Origin: a virus
Reading direction: 5' to 3' (one strand)
DNA: 64,000 nucleotides
IMG/VR virus record: IMGVR_UViG_3300047550_003635
The notes under the pieces are model-generated. The model worked only from the letters and a program-made list of their open reading frames with translations. It was not told the DNA's origin and did not search any database. Made by a program: the position numbers and the translations under genes. Position 1 is the stretch's first letter. Each line of letters begins with the position of its first letter. Below are positions 1 through 9,938 of this stretch, one piece after another.

Positions 1-1
1 G

Positions 2-3000
2 AGATTATATGAAAATCAATCATTTACTTCTTCTCAATCACCAGCATTAACTTTACAATCAGGTGAATCATTAGTAAGTTCGACAACAACATCATCAAAG
101 GTTGAAAACTATCAAATTATTGTAACAACACAAGGAACAAGTCCATATGGTGTTGGTCAAACAGTTCCAGCAACAGCAATTACTACAGTTGATACTACAA
201 GTAAAAAAATAACAGTATTAAATGGTAACAATATGGTTGCAAATATTGTTGCAACTATTGATAGTTCTACACCAACAGCAAAAGTAAAAACATATGTAAC
301 ATGTAACCCATGTGTCCAAACATCTGCAAATGGTTCTGGTTCTGGTGCAAGCGGAAATCAAACCGCTAACGTTAATTCTGGTACCGCACTTGTTTATGGT
401 GCACAAGGACAAACAACTATTGCTAATACTGCTGTTGTAAAAACACCAGGAACAGCACAATCTCTATATGTAACTGATGTAACAGAGATTGTTCAAGTAT
501 TGGATTTTAATGGAAGTGCTGTTGCAAATACAGGTGGCACAGATATTACAAGCAAATATACATTGAATACAGGTCAAAAAGATTCTTATTATGACCATTC
601 ATCAATCGTATTGAAAGGTGGTGTAACTCCACCATCAGGTCCAATTGTTGTAAGATACAATCGCTATACATCATCAGGAACAGGTTTCTTTACAAATGCA
701 TCTTATATTCCAAATTACTCAATAATTCCAACATATACATCCCAATCTGGTGTAGAATATAGTCTAAGAGATTGTTTAGATTTCCGTCCAGTAAGAGCAG
801 ATGCTTCAGGTGCATATACTTCAGGAACTGTTTCGTTTAATATTACATCAAGTGCAATCGGAACAGAAATACCAGTTATAGGTTCCGATATTCGTGCAGA
901 TTATTCATATTATTTACCAAGAGTTGATAGAGTAATTGTTCGTAAAAATGGTAATTTTGAAGTCGTAACAGGACAGTCATCACTCAATGCTGTTGAACCA
1001 GCAAATCCAAATGATGCAATGACGATTTATCTGTTGCATAATCCACCATATGTTGCAAACACTTCAAACATTTCGGTTGAGTATGTTGAAAATAAGCGTT
1101 ATACAATGCGTGATATTGGTGTCATTGAAAAGCGTGTTGAGAATCTTGAATATTATACGACACTATCATTGCTTGAACAAGACACATTAAACAAGCAAGA
1201 TTTGTCAATATTAGACACGACTAATTTACCTAGATTTAAAAATGGTATCATAACAGATTCATTTAGAGGTCAATCTGTTATGGACTTTGAAAATGCTGAC
1301 TTTAAAGCATCGATTGATTCACAAAAACAAGAAATGCGCCCATCAATCGATGTAAGTCAATTTAATTTACAATATGACTCAAATACTTCAAACTCAATAA
1401 ATTGTTTAGATTCTGGACAATTCATAACAATTGCCGCAAATTCTGTTACATTTGCAGAACAGAATTTATCTTCAGGAACAATAAATGTAAATCCATTTAA
1501 TGTTGTTAAATTTTTGGGTAGAGTTAAATTAAACCCTGCATCAGATAATTGGATTGATGTAGATAGGGCTGCGGATGTTAATATTGATATTTCAGGTGAC
1601 ATGGAAGCATGGAAAAAGATAACAGATAGATTACCTGTTGATATAGTATATGGTGCTTGGAACGACCTTGTGAAAGGTATACCAACAACAAGCACATTTA
1701 GAGCCAATTGGGCACCTGGTGGTGAAACAACACAAACAACACAAACTGTAACACAACAGAGAATTGGTATAGTTACAACAGTAGTTCCTAAACAAGTAAC
1801 TGCTTCTTTGGGTGATAAAGTTGTAAATCTGTCGATTATACCTTATATTCGTTCAAATCAAGTTTATTTTTATGCAAGTGCATTTAAACCTCTATCGACA
1901 CTATATCCATTTTTTGATATTGGTAATCGTCCTATTGAAAAATATGTAGCACGTGCAAATAGATTTTTAATTGATAAAGGTGGTCTGTTATTCCATTGTG
2001 GATTAGGAACTCCTGAAAAAATAAATGTTGCTAATACCATTACAGGCACAACATTAAATGTAGTAAAAACTGCACAAAATTCAGGTAATTCTGTATTTAC
2101 CTTTAATACGATAGAAGTTCCTTCATCTTCATTTATAGGTAATACAAAAATTACTGGACAGCAATCAGGTCTGACAGCAAATGTTGTTGGATATGAACAT
2201 TTTTCTGGTAATGTTGTTAGTGCAACAGGTACCTCAATTGTGTTATCTATTGATGCTACTGGTGCTAATAATGAAACATGGTATGCAAATACAACAAATA
2301 GTAGCATAATTTTCATTGTTGCTGGAACAGGTGCAGGTCAACAAAGAACCATATCTTCATATAATGCTGCAACAAGAAATGTTGTAGTTTCAAGTGCATG
2401 GACAACAACACCAACTTCAAATTCGATATACTCAATTGGTAGATTGACTGCAACAAGAAATGGTGATATTTCGGGTATATTTTATATACCACCAGGTGAA
2501 TATAAGACAGGTGCAAAACCATTCTTATTAATGGACAATGCTGAAGGTGATATAATAAACTGCACTACTAGCGGTGATGCAAATTATTATGCACAAGGAT
2601 TACTAAGCACATTACAAAAAGAAACCATTACAACTATTGCGCCTACAATTGAAAGGACTGCTGTAACACAAACACAGACAGTATTGAATGTTTTAAGTAG
2701 TTTATTTAATCCAGATGCTCCACCTGGTGATTCTGGAGGACCACCAAGTGGCTGTGACCCATTAGCAGAAACTTTCTTTGTTTCTCCACAAACATACCCT
2801 GATGGTATCATGTTAGATAAAATTCGTTTATGTTTTGCTACAAAAGATGATGTAACACCTGTAACTGTTCAAATTCGTCCTGCTATAAATGGATATCCAT
2901 CAACATTTGTTGGATATACTTTTGCCGAAGTTACTTTGACACCAGATAAAGTAAATGCTATAGGTGAAAATGCGATACCTGATTTAGATGATTCAACAAA

Positions 3001-4255
3001 ATACACAGAATTTGTTCTTGATGCACCCGTATATTTGAAGCCAGGCGAGCATTCGTTTGTTGTTATGGCAAATTCTGACAAATATAAAGTATATTATGCA
3101 ACAGTAAGTTTAAATAATTTAGCAGATGGTGCAGAAATATCAAAACAGCCTTTTATTGGTTCAATGTTTAAATCACAAAATGCATCAACTTGGGAATCAG
3201 ACCAAAATTCTGATTTAATGTTTAGATTGTATAGAAAATCTTTCAATACAACACCAGCTTATGCATCATTTGCATTAAAAGAATTGCCATCATCAAATAC
3301 AGTTTTTGATACATTAAGTTTACAAACATCAGAAATTGTGGTAGCAAATACATCAGTGCTATATGAATTTGAATCATATAAATCGACAGGTGGTCTTGCT
3401 GGTTACAAACCAATATCAACATTATATGATTATGAATGCAATGATGATGCAGGACGTAGAGTATTGGATACAAACAAAGGTGCAAGAACATTTATTCTTC
3501 GTGCAACAATGAATTCTCTAAATGAAGCAGTTTCTCCTATTTTGGATGCTACTCGTTTTGGTGGAATATTCATTGAGAACATTATCAATAATTTGCCTCT
3601 TTCAAATACTGGTTTTGTAATTACATCCGCAGGCTCAAGCTATGCATCACCAACAGTTTTAATCACTGGTGGGGGTGGTTCTGGTGCAACTGCTTCTGCA
3701 ACAGTCAGTTCTGGTAAAATTACAGCAATCACTTTAACTGATGCTGGTTCAGGATATACAACATCACCAACTGTTACAATTACTGATGGTTCTGGTTCAA
3801 GTGCAGTTGTATCATATAATGGTGAAGATTCTAAATCTGGTGGTAATTCAAATGTTAGATATCTTGCACGTAAAGTAACATTAGCTGATGGATTTGAATC
3901 TGGTGATTTGAGAGTGTTTATTACAGCATATAAACCTTCAGAATCAAATATTTACGTTTATTACAAGATATTATCAAAATCAGATTCAGATACTTTTGAT
4001 AATAAATCATGGCAATTGATGGCACAACTAGGTAATGAAAATTTTGTATCAACATCATCAACTGATTATCGTGAATTAACTTTTGCACCAGGAACAAATG
4101 GAGCAGCAAATAATTCTGTTTCTTATATATCAGGTTCTTCAACATTTACAAAATTCAAGACATTTGCAATTAAGATAGTCTTGAGTGGCACTTCAACTGT
4201 TGACGTTCCAAAAGTTCGTGATTTCCGTGCAATTGCATTACCAGCAGGTGCTTAA
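2..4255 (+). CDS. Large virion structural protein (baseplate/tail-associated, DUF4815/VrlC-like), 5'-truncated by window edge
   Basis: Frame is open from position 2 (no stop before the ATG at 233). T/S/G/N-rich beta protein with motifs typical of large T4-like aquatic phage structural proteins ([14 protein letters not shown]-like, RFKNG..TDSF, DPLAETF, C-terminal KTFAIKIVL...[11 protein letters not shown]). Confidence 0.75.
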   Translation, partial: RLYENQSFTSSQSPALTLQSGESLVSSTTTSSKVENYQIIVTTQGTSPYGVGQTVPATAITTVDTTSKKITVLNGNNMVANIVATIDSSTPTAKVKTYVTCNPCVQTSANGSGSGASGNQTANVNSGTALVYGAQGQTTIANTAVVKTPGTAQSLYVTDVTEIVQVLDFNGSAVANTGGTDITSKYTLNTGQKDSYYDHSSIVLKGGVTPPSGPIVVRYNRYTSSGTGFFTNASYIPNYSIIPTYTSQSGVEYSLRDCLDFRPVRADASGAYTSGTVSFNITSSAIGTEIPVIGSDIRADYSYYLPRVDRVIVRKNGNFEVVTGQSSLNAVEPANPNDAMTIYLLHNPPYVANTSNISVEYVENKRYTMRDIGVIEKRVENLEYYTTLSLLEQDTLNKQDLSILDTTNLPRFKNGIITDSFRGQSVMDFENADFKASIDSQKQEMRPSIDVSQFNLQYDSNTSNSINCLDSGQFITIAANSVTFAEQNLSSGTINVNPFNVVKFLGRVKLNPASDNWIDVDRAADVNIDISGDMEAWKKITDRLPVDIVYGAWNDLVKGIPTTSTFRANWAPGGETTQTTQTVTQQRIGIVTTVVPKQVTASLGDKVVNLSIIPYIRSNQVYFYASAFKPLSTLYPFFDIGNRPIEKYVARANRFLIDKGGLLFHCGLGTPEKINVANTITGTTLNVVKTAQNSGNSVFTFNTIEVPSSSFIGNTKITGQQSGLTANVVGYEHFSGNVVSATGTSIVLSIDATGANNETWYANTTNSSIIFIVAGTGAGQQRTISSYNAATRNVVVSSAWTTTPTSNSIYSIGRLTATRNGDISGIFYIPPGEYKTGAKPFLLMDNAEGDIINCTTSGDANYYAQGLLSTLQKETITTIAPTIERTAVTQTQTVLNVLSSLFNPDAPPGDSGGPPSGCDPLAETFFVSPQTYPDGIMLDKIRLCFATKDDVTPVTVQIRPAINGYPSTFVGYTFAEVTLTPDKVNAIGENAIPDLDDSTKYTEFVLDAPVYLKPGEHSFVVMANSDKYKVYYATVSLNNLADGAEISKQPFIGSMFKSQNASTWESDQNSDLMFRLYRKSFNTTPAYASFALKELPSSNTVFDTLSLQTSEIVVANTSVLYEFESYKSTGGLAGYKPISTLYDYECNDDAGRRVLDTNKGARTFILRATMNSLNEAVSPILDATRFGGIFIENIINNLPLSNTGFVITSAGSSYASPTVLITGGGGSGATASATVSSGKITAITLTDAGSGYTTSPTVTITDGSGSSAVVSYNGEDSKSGGNSNVRYLARKVTLADGFESGDLRVFITAYKPSESNIYVYYKILSKSDSDTFDNKSWQLMAQLGNENFVSTSSTDYRELTFAPGTNGAANNSVSYISGSSTFTKFKTFAIKIVLSGTSTVDVPKVRDFRAIALPAGA

Positions 4256-4476
4256 TGGATAAGATTAATATTCCAAATACTGCATATTTTCGTGATATTC
4301 ATTCAAAAGCGATTTTGAATACGGATAAAAGAGGTCGTGATAAATATCAAATGGAAAGAGAAATTGCTTTAAAAGAAAAAAACGAAAAAGAAGCAAACAA
4401 TCAAAGATTGAACAAGTTGGAACAAGATATGTCAGAGATTAAAAATCTATTAAATGAGATTATAAGGAAAGTATAA
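4255..4476 (+). CDS. Small coiled-coil hypothetical protein
   Basis: 73 aa, TAATG-coupled to both neighbours; RDxxSKAILNTD motif plus C-terminal heptads, typical after the large structural gene in T4-like aquatic phages. Confidence 0.7.
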   Translation: MDKINIPNTAYFRDIHSKAILNTDKRGRDKYQMEREIALKEKNEKEANNQRLNKLEQDMSEIKNLLNEIIRKV

Positions 4477-5477
4477 TGGCTGCAAATAATATCAATCAAA
4501 TTTCAACAGCCAATACTTTTGAACATTGGTTAATAGCAACACAAGGACTGATTACAACAGCCAATCTTTTAACGAATGGTAATGGTAGCACATTCTATGC
4601 AAATACCAAATTAGAAATTGGTGGTGTAAATTCTCTTTTAAATGTTACAACTTCTGCGACAATCAATGTATTAAACTCAAACACAATTACTGTTAATGTT
4701 ATAACTTCAAATACAATTACAGCAATTAACACAACAAGTAATTTAACAGCAACTAATGTAACAACCCAGTATATTCAATTTGCCGATGGCACTAAACAAT
4801 ATACTGCAAATGCTGCTAATAGTAGTCAGTCAACATCTATTTCTGCTGCGTTTGATAAAGCAAATTCTGCAAATATTCTTGCACAAGCAGCATTTGATAA
4901 AGCAAATACTGATAACACATTCATTTCAATAACAGCAGGAACATATGGAAATGCTTCTGCTATTCCACAAATTACAGTAGCAGCAAATGGTAGAATTTCT
5001 GCTGTAACTAATGTATCAATATCAATACCAACTGATACTTCAAATGCATCAAATATCACAACAGGAACATTACCATCGGGTAGATTGACTGGTGCATATA
5101 CAGGAGTTACTTCTGTAGGAACTTTAACTGGGTTATCAATAAGTGGTAAAATTAGTGAAGTAATGAATACTGTAACTGCTGTTGTTGGAACAACTACTTT
5201 AGACCTATCGACAAATAGCGTTTATAAAATTGTTATGGCAGCAAATACAACATTAGCATTTAGTAATCCACCAGCATCAGGAATTGAGCAGGGTTTTAAA
5301 CTATATGCCAATACAAATAATGGTAGCAACACAATAACTTGGCCCGCATCAGTAAAGTGGCAATATGGTGCAGCGCCAACACAAACCACAACTGCAAATA
5401 AAACAGATGTGTATGCATTTACAACTAATGATGGTGGTAGCACATATTTCGGTTACGTTTCAGGACTAAATTTCTAA
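4476..5477 (+). CDS. Tail fibre protein with C-terminal adaptor domain
   Basis: N-terminal NTFEHW fibre-anchor motif, AFDKAN repeats, AGTYGNA...GRI repeat; C-terminal ~107 aa domain duplicated at 13453-13773. Confidence 0.75.
   Translation: MAANNINQISTANTFEHWLIATQGLITTANLLTNGNGSTFYANTKLEIGGVNSLLNVTTSATINVLNSNTITVNVITSNTITAINTTSNLTATNVTTQYIQFADGTKQYTANAANSSQSTSISAAFDKANSANILAQAAFDKANTDNTFISITAGTYGNASAIPQITVAANGRISAVTNVSISIPTDTSNASNITTGTLPSGRLTGAYTGVTSVGTLTGLSISGKISEVMNTVTAVVGTTTLDLSTNSVYKIVMAANTTLAFSNPPASGIEQGFKLYANTNNGSNTITWPASVKWQYGAAPTQTTTANKTDVYAFTTNDGGSTYFGYVSGLNF
5157..5477 (+). repeat. 321-bp domain duplicated at 13453-13773
   Basis: Near-identical DNA and protein (EVMNTVTA...YFGYVSGLNF) at the 3' ends of two fibre genes. 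Confidence 0.9.
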
Positions 5478-5478
5478 T

Positions 5479-5991
5479 ATGCCATTCTCATCAACGTCGG
5501 GTGCACAAACTAAACGAAAAATATTTGTGACTGCAACAACTTCACAAAGTAGTTATAATTTATTATCAAATGTTTCATCCATAGGAACATTTACAGATTC
5601 TATAGATACTTTTTGGAAAAACAATTCAGGTGTAACTCTCAGTGGTGGAGTAACAACGGGAACAGGTTGGTCAAATGGTTCAAGAGTATATTTAAAAAAT
5701 GAAGGCACAATGAGTGGTTCTACAGGTTCTACAGGAAATCCTGGTTCTAATGGTTCTGGTGGTACAGGTAGTGCTGGTGGTGTTGGTAATAATACTTCAC
5801 CAGGTGGCGCTGGTGGTAATGGTTCTATTGGGGGGACAGGCGGAACCGGAGGAATAGCATTGACTGTAACGTTACCTACAATTGTTGATAATAGTTTAGG
5901 AACTATATCGGGTGGACCTGGTGGACCTGGTGGACCTGGCGGTTCTGGTGGTGGTGGAGGTGGTAGTGGTGGTACAGGATTTGTGCAATGA
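5479..5991 (+). CDS. Glycine-rich/collagen-like adhesin, N-terminal part (T-even gp38-like architecture)
   Basis: Follows a fibre gene; LKNEGTMSG and IVDNSLGTISGG motifs, G-X-Y triplets and polyglycine. Confidence 0.6.
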   Translation: MPFSSTSGAQTKRKIFVTATTSQSSYNLLSNVSSIGTFTDSIDTFWKNNSGVTLSGGVTTGTGWSNGSRVYLKNEGTMSGSTGSTGNPGSNGSGGTGSAGGVGNNTSPGGAGGNGSIGGTGGTGGIALTVTLPTIVDNSLGTISGGPGGPGGPGGSGGGGGGSGGTGFVQ

Positions 5992-6470
5992 GTAATTTGA
6001 TATATAAAACACATTTTGGAATGCATGATGAGGATGGATTTAAATCCAGTTCTAATATTCCTGGTGTTGGTAAAATTTTATTATATGTTAGTCCTACAGG
6101 TGTTGGAGTTGGCACACCAGCACAATCATACGGTGGCGGTGGTGGTGGTGGTGGTGCGGGTTCACCAGCAGGTTCTGGTGGTGCTGGCGGTATTGCCGAT
6201 TTTTCAGGTTCACCAGGAAATCCTGGCACTTCAACTACAGGTGGGGCAAGTAGTTCTGGTGGTGGTGGTGCTAATGGTGGTGCAGGAGGACCTTTAAATA
6301 CGCCAGGCACTTCAGGTATTCCATCTTTAGGATGGACTGCTGGTGCAGGTGGCGCAGCAGGAAGTTCTGGTGCAACTGGACCTAGTGGTTCTCAAGGACC
6401 TGCAACAAGTGGTTCTTCAACATATATAACTTGGATTGCAACCGGAACAAGAAATGGTCCTATAAATTAA
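5988..6470 (+). CDS. Glycine-rich adhesin, C-terminal part
   Basis: ATGA overlap with upstream ORF and AGGA SD 8 nt upstream; polyglycine and G-X-Y triplets; ends in TWIATGTRNGPIN, a gp38-like terminus. Confidence 0.6.
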   Translation: MSNLIYKTHFGMHDEDGFKSSSNIPGVGKILLYVSPTGVGVGTPAQSYGGGGGGGGAGSPAGSGGAGGIADFSGSPGNPGTSTTGGASSSGGGGANGGAGGPLNTPGTSGIPSLGWTAGAGGAAGSSGATGPSGSQGPATSGSSTYITWIATGTRNGPIN

Positions 6471-6484
6471 TCAGTAATTTTAAA

Positions 6485-7099
6485 ATGGAAATCGTAATGA
6501 GTGAGCATTATTATTCTTATCCCTTCAACAAAACAACTAAAGACCAAGGATACGCTTTTTGGAAAGATGGTTTTTCTAAAGAAGATATTAAAAAAATAAT
6601 TGAACTTGGTGAATCAAATGAAATTGTTGATGCAAAAGTTGGAAATAATATCGTGGATAGTGATATACGAGAATCTAAGATATCTTGGATTAATCCCTCA
6701 GAAAATTCAATTTGGTTATTTGATAAAATGTGTAACATAGCATCTTTATTAAATAATCAATATTTTGGATTTAATTTAAGTGGTATGTTAGCGTTTCAAT
6801 ATACAATATATAATGCAAATACTGAAACAAAAGGTTTTTATGATTGGCATATTGATAGAATGGGATTGGGTGATGGAAATAATTTACCAAGAAAATTGTC
6901 ACTGATTTTGCAATTGTCGGATCCAATGGATTATGAAGGTGGTGAGGTTTGGATTCACGGACTTTGTAGAGAATGTATGCCAAAAACAAAAGGTCTTGTC
7001 ATTGCATTTCCGGGAAACACATTACATCGTGTAACTCCAGTTACATCAGGCATCAGAAAATCATTAGTAGCTTGGATAGTAGGTCCAGATTTTATCTAA
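6485..7099 (+). CDS. 2OG-Fe(II) dioxygenase (prolyl-4-hydroxylase/PKHD-type)
   Basis: YDWHID (HxD), RKLS, DYEGGE, LHRVTPVTSGIRKSLVAW. Start moved to ATG 6485 (6497 also possible). Confidence 0.9.
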   Translation: MEIVMSEHYYSYPFNKTTKDQGYAFWKDGFSKEDIKKIIELGESNEIVDAKVGNNIVDSDIRESKISWINPSENSIWLFDKMCNIASLLNNQYFGFNLSGMLAFQYTIYNANTETKGFYDWHIDRMGLGDGNNLPRKLSLILQLSDPMDYEGGEVWIHGLCRECMPKTKGLVIAFPGNTLHRVTPVTSGIRKSLVAWIVGPDFI

Positions 7100-7100
7100 T

Positions 7101-7781
7101 ATGGAAACAATAAACCTATTTACAATACCCCTCTTTAAATTCAAATATGATAAGCATGATGAATTTAAACCAAAAGCGATAGAATATTTAACAGATGAAA
7201 AATGTGAATATCCAGTTTCACATAATGGATTGTTTATTAGTAAACCAAATTTACATAAGCATGAAAATTTTATTGATTTTAAAAATTTTACACAGATTTG
7301 TTTAGAACAATCAATGATAGCTTTAGGGTATTATCCAAAAATACAAATAACTGGGATATGGGCAACAAAACATGTTGATAGGGGAAGTCATCATAGACAC
7401 CAACATGGAAATACTTTTTTAATAGGTGTTTATTATTTGAGTGGTAATGAAAAAAGTTCAGGTACAACTTTTTATAATCCAAATAAAAATTTAATTAGTT
7501 ATATTATACCTAAAAAAATTCCAGAGAGTGAAAAAAGAAAGCGCATAATGAAACCTTCTGTAACTAATAAATTTGAAGAAGGAACTTTCATAGTTTTTCC
7601 ATCTTGGTTGGAACATTCAACAAACGTTAATGATTTCGAATTGACTCAATCAGATAGATATATTTTAGGTATAAATTCTATGCCGTTAGGTCCAACCAAC
7701 AATGATTTATATGATAGATTTAATTATCAAGATGTGATGAAAGTGGAGATGATTGAATCGACTAGAGATAGTGTTAAATAA
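7101..7781 (+). CDS. Putative 2OG-Fe(II) oxygenase (TIGR02466-like)
   Basis: LFTIPL N-terminus, HxH (HQH), GVYY, IVFPSWLEH, distal R (DRY). Confidence 0.85.
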   Translation: METINLFTIPLFKFKYDKHDEFKPKAIEYLTDEKCEYPVSHNGLFISKPNLHKHENFIDFKNFTQICLEQSMIALGYYPKIQITGIWATKHVDRGSHHRHQHGNTFLIGVYYLSGNEKSSGTTFYNPNKNLISYIIPKKIPESEKRKRIMKPSVTNKFEEGTFIVFPSWLEHSTNVNDFELTQSDRYILGINSMPLGPTNNDLYDRFNYQDVMKVEMIESTRDSVK

Positions 7782-7787
7782 TTTTTT

Positions 7788-8939
7788 TTATTGTAAAGGA
7801 TATAATTTAGAATTTTTTTTACGAATTTGTTTTGGATATAAATCATCATATAAAATATAATTTTCTATCCAAATTGGATATATATTTTTTTTAAATTTTT
7901 TTAAACAATTTAAATAATTTTTTGAAGATTGACTTGAACTTTGCCAAAACCATTCATCCCTAGTGCTTAAAAAAACTCCATTTGTTGATTTTGTATGTAA
8001 ATTTTTTTTATCGTCATACCAAAGATATATTAAGTTTTTAAAGTCTGTGTCACCCAAATTACCATATGGATTCTTCATCGTTATAAAAATTTCATCATAT
8101 TTTTTAGGTTTTGAATGATATTCCCTATTAATTTTATTTGATAGATATTTTTTTATGATATGTGATTGTTTTATTAAAATATTTGATGATTCAATAGTTG
8201 GTGACCAATAAAATAAATCATTATATACTAACTCATGGAATCCTGTTTTTTGGTCCTTTAGACACATTGTTCCATCTATTATATCAGTAAAATAAAAATA
8301 AAATCTATCTTCATTCACTGAGATTCTAGGTTTTTCACATCCCCATATGAGACATATTTTTTTATTCGAATCAATTATATCAGTCCATTCTGGAATATAT
8401 TCATATAATCTATGTTTTGCTAAACAACTAATTGCGCCAAAATTATTAATCCATTCATAATTATCATTTTCATCATTTAAAAATGTTTCAATGATTTTTT
8501 TGCTTATATCGAATACCCTATGTTTAATTTTTAAATTGTGTTTTTTATTAATATCAATTATTTTAGGACATGCTATTTGATAAATTTCTCTATTAGCAAA
8601 AGAATCTTTACTTCCGCTACCCTCTAAATTTACGAGACTACAAACCTCATCTAATGGAATATTAAAATTCACAAAAGTTTCTAATATATTGTCAGAATCA
8701 CTTCCAGAACTATACATTAGAATTATATAATCATAATTATTTCTTAATTGTTCTGCTTTATTTTTATAAAGTATTTCTAAAGATTCTTCAGGCTCTTTTG
8801 TCCAATCAAATTTCGAGAAAAAATCATCATTATAATACCATTTAACAGAATCGATATCATCAGTCAAGGTCATTATATCATATTTTCGATATGTCTTGAA
8901 GTCTTTATACACATAATAACCATAATTATCACTATCCAT
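7788..8939 (-). CDS. PP-loop (adenine nucleotide alpha-hydrolase-like) protein
   Basis: YDYIILMYSSGSDS resembles the SGGxDS PP-loop; also G.EKP and FYWSP motifs; 383 aa. Confidence 0.55.
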   Translation of the reverse strand: MDSDNYGYYVYKDFKTYRKYDIMTLTDDIDSVKWYYNDDFFSKFDWTKEPEESLEILYKNKAEQLRNNYDYIILMYSSGSDSDNILETFVNFNIPLDEVCSLVNLEGSGSKDSFANREIYQIACPKIIDINKKHNLKIKHRVFDISKKIIETFLNDENDNYEWINNFGAISCLAKHRLYEYIPEWTDIIDSNKKICLIWGCEKPRISVNEDRFYFYFTDIIDGTMCLKDQKTGFHELVYNDLFYWSPTIESSNILIKQSHIIKKYLSNKINREYHSKPKKYDEIFITMKNPYGNLGDTDFKNLIYLWYDDKKNLHTKSTNGVFLSTRDEWFWQSSSQSSKNYLNCLKKFKKNIYPIWIENYILYDDLYPKQIRKKNSKLYPLQ

Positions 8940-8945
8940 AAAAAT

Positions 8946-9233
8946 TTACATAATATCCCAATTATCAATTTCTGATTGTGACAATGTATATTTTTCACCT
9001 ATGTTTAATACAAATTTTAATTTTGTAGAATTTTCAGAAATCTGACTATATTCAGTGTCTAAATTGGGTGCACATCTAGCTATTTCTTTACGCAATGCTG
9101 CGATGGACATAGGTTCTCCGTCTTTAGAAATTGGTGGAATCAAATTAAGTGATTTGCTAATTCCTCTATCATCGTGATATTCTACAACAGTTCCGTGATA
9201 ACTAACTTCTTTTATTGTAAAACCTGTAATCAT
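8946..9233 (-). CDS. Hypothetical protein (possible fibre/adhesin accessory)
   Basis: 95 aa; AGGAG SD on the minus strand upstream and a minus-strand late-promoter-like CATAAATA at 9264-9271. Confidence 0.65.
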   Translation of the reverse strand: MITGFTIKEVSYHGTVVEYHDDRGISKSLNLIPPISKDGEPMSIAALRKEIARCAPNLDTEYSQISENSTKLKFVLNIGEKYTLSQSEIDNWDIM

Positions 9234-9263
9234 TTTTTAATCTCCTAAAATCAAATATATACA

Positions 9264-9302
9264 TATTTATGTGAATTTATACTTTTGCATTTGACTAAAT
9301 AG
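9264..9302. promoter_or_regulatory. Divergent T4-type late promoters (CATAAATA on minus, GACTAAATAG on plus)
   Basis: Match to the gp55-type TATAAATA core; TTGACTAAATAGTAA recurs exactly upstream of gp13. Confidence 0.6.
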
Positions 9303-9329
9303 TAAAATAATAACAAAATAGGTCAATAA

Positions 9330-9662
9330 ATGGCTGGATACGTCGAACTTACAATAGAACAGGGTGCTGATTTTTCAACATCGGTTACTGTTTATGATGC
9401 CACGGGTGCTGCACAAAATCTGACTTCATATACAGCAGCATCGCAACTTAGAAAGTCGTATTATTCATCAAGTGCAAATAATATGAGTGCTTCTATAAGC
9501 AGTCCCGCTAATGGTGTAATCACAATATCAATGACAGCAGCTAATACTGCAAATTTGACGCCAGGTAGAATGTTACATGATTTACTAATAACAAGTCCAG
9601 CCGGAATCAAAACAAGGGTTATTGAAGGTATTGCTGTGATAATGCCTTCAGTAACAAGATAA
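9330..9662 (+). CDS. Virion structural protein (Ig-like/BppU-like fibre adaptor)
   Basis: LTIEQGADF...QLRKSYYS...TRVIEG.....P.VTR pattern typical of T4-like aquatic phage fibre adaptors. Confidence 0.65.
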   Translation: MAGYVELTIEQGADFSTSVTVYDATGAAQNLTSYTAASQLRKSYYSSSANNMSASISSPANGVITISMTAANTANLTPGRMLHDLLITSPAGIKTRVIEGIAVIMPSVTR

Positions 9663-9911
9663 ATGCCAACAAAAGTAACAGTTACGACACCCAGTGCAAC
9701 AATAGTAAAATTACAGCCAGCAAACAGAACATATCCAGTTGTTTCTGGTTTAGCATCATCAAATGTTTCATTGGGTCAATTATCAGATGTTGATATATCT
9801 GGAATTACAAATAATCAAACAATTGTTTATAATGCGACAGCACATAAATTTTATGCTAATACAGTATTGACAGCGGATTACGTTTCAACTATAAACGGCG
9901 GAAGTTTCTAA
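9663..9911 (+). CDS. Small fibre-associated protein ending NGGSF
   Basis: LGQLSDVD and IVYNA..KF motifs; C-terminal NGGSF. Confidence 0.6.
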   Translation: MPTKVTVTTPSATIVKLQPANRTYPVVSGLASSNVSLGQLSDVDISGITNNQTIVYNATAHKFYANTVLTADYVSTINGGSF

Positions 9912-9938
9912 AAAAACAATAATAAAAAGAGATAAAAA

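Noticed and set aside
5157-5477. Duplicated 321-bp segment as DGR TR/VR
   Set aside because: Both copies are coding gene ends and the differences appear mostly synonymous and involve all bases.
5967-5991. Canonical -1 programmed frameshift joining the adhesin halves
   Set aside because: No in-frame X XXY YYZ slippery heptamer in the short open overlap; SD plus ATGA overlap fits reinitiation better.
5553-6310. Proline-rich minus-strand ORFs
   Set aside because: Antisense shadows of GGT-rich glycine codons with no SD or promoter. The same applies to most short overlapping ORFs in the track.
6485-7781. TET/JBP dioxygenases supplying hydroxymethyl bases for the GT cassette
   Set aside because: Motifs match P4H/PKHD-type and TIGR02466-type oxygenases, and they sit in the fibre region.
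7782-9260. Invertible segment explaining the minus-strand genes
   Set aside because: No flanking inverted repeats or recombinase seen.
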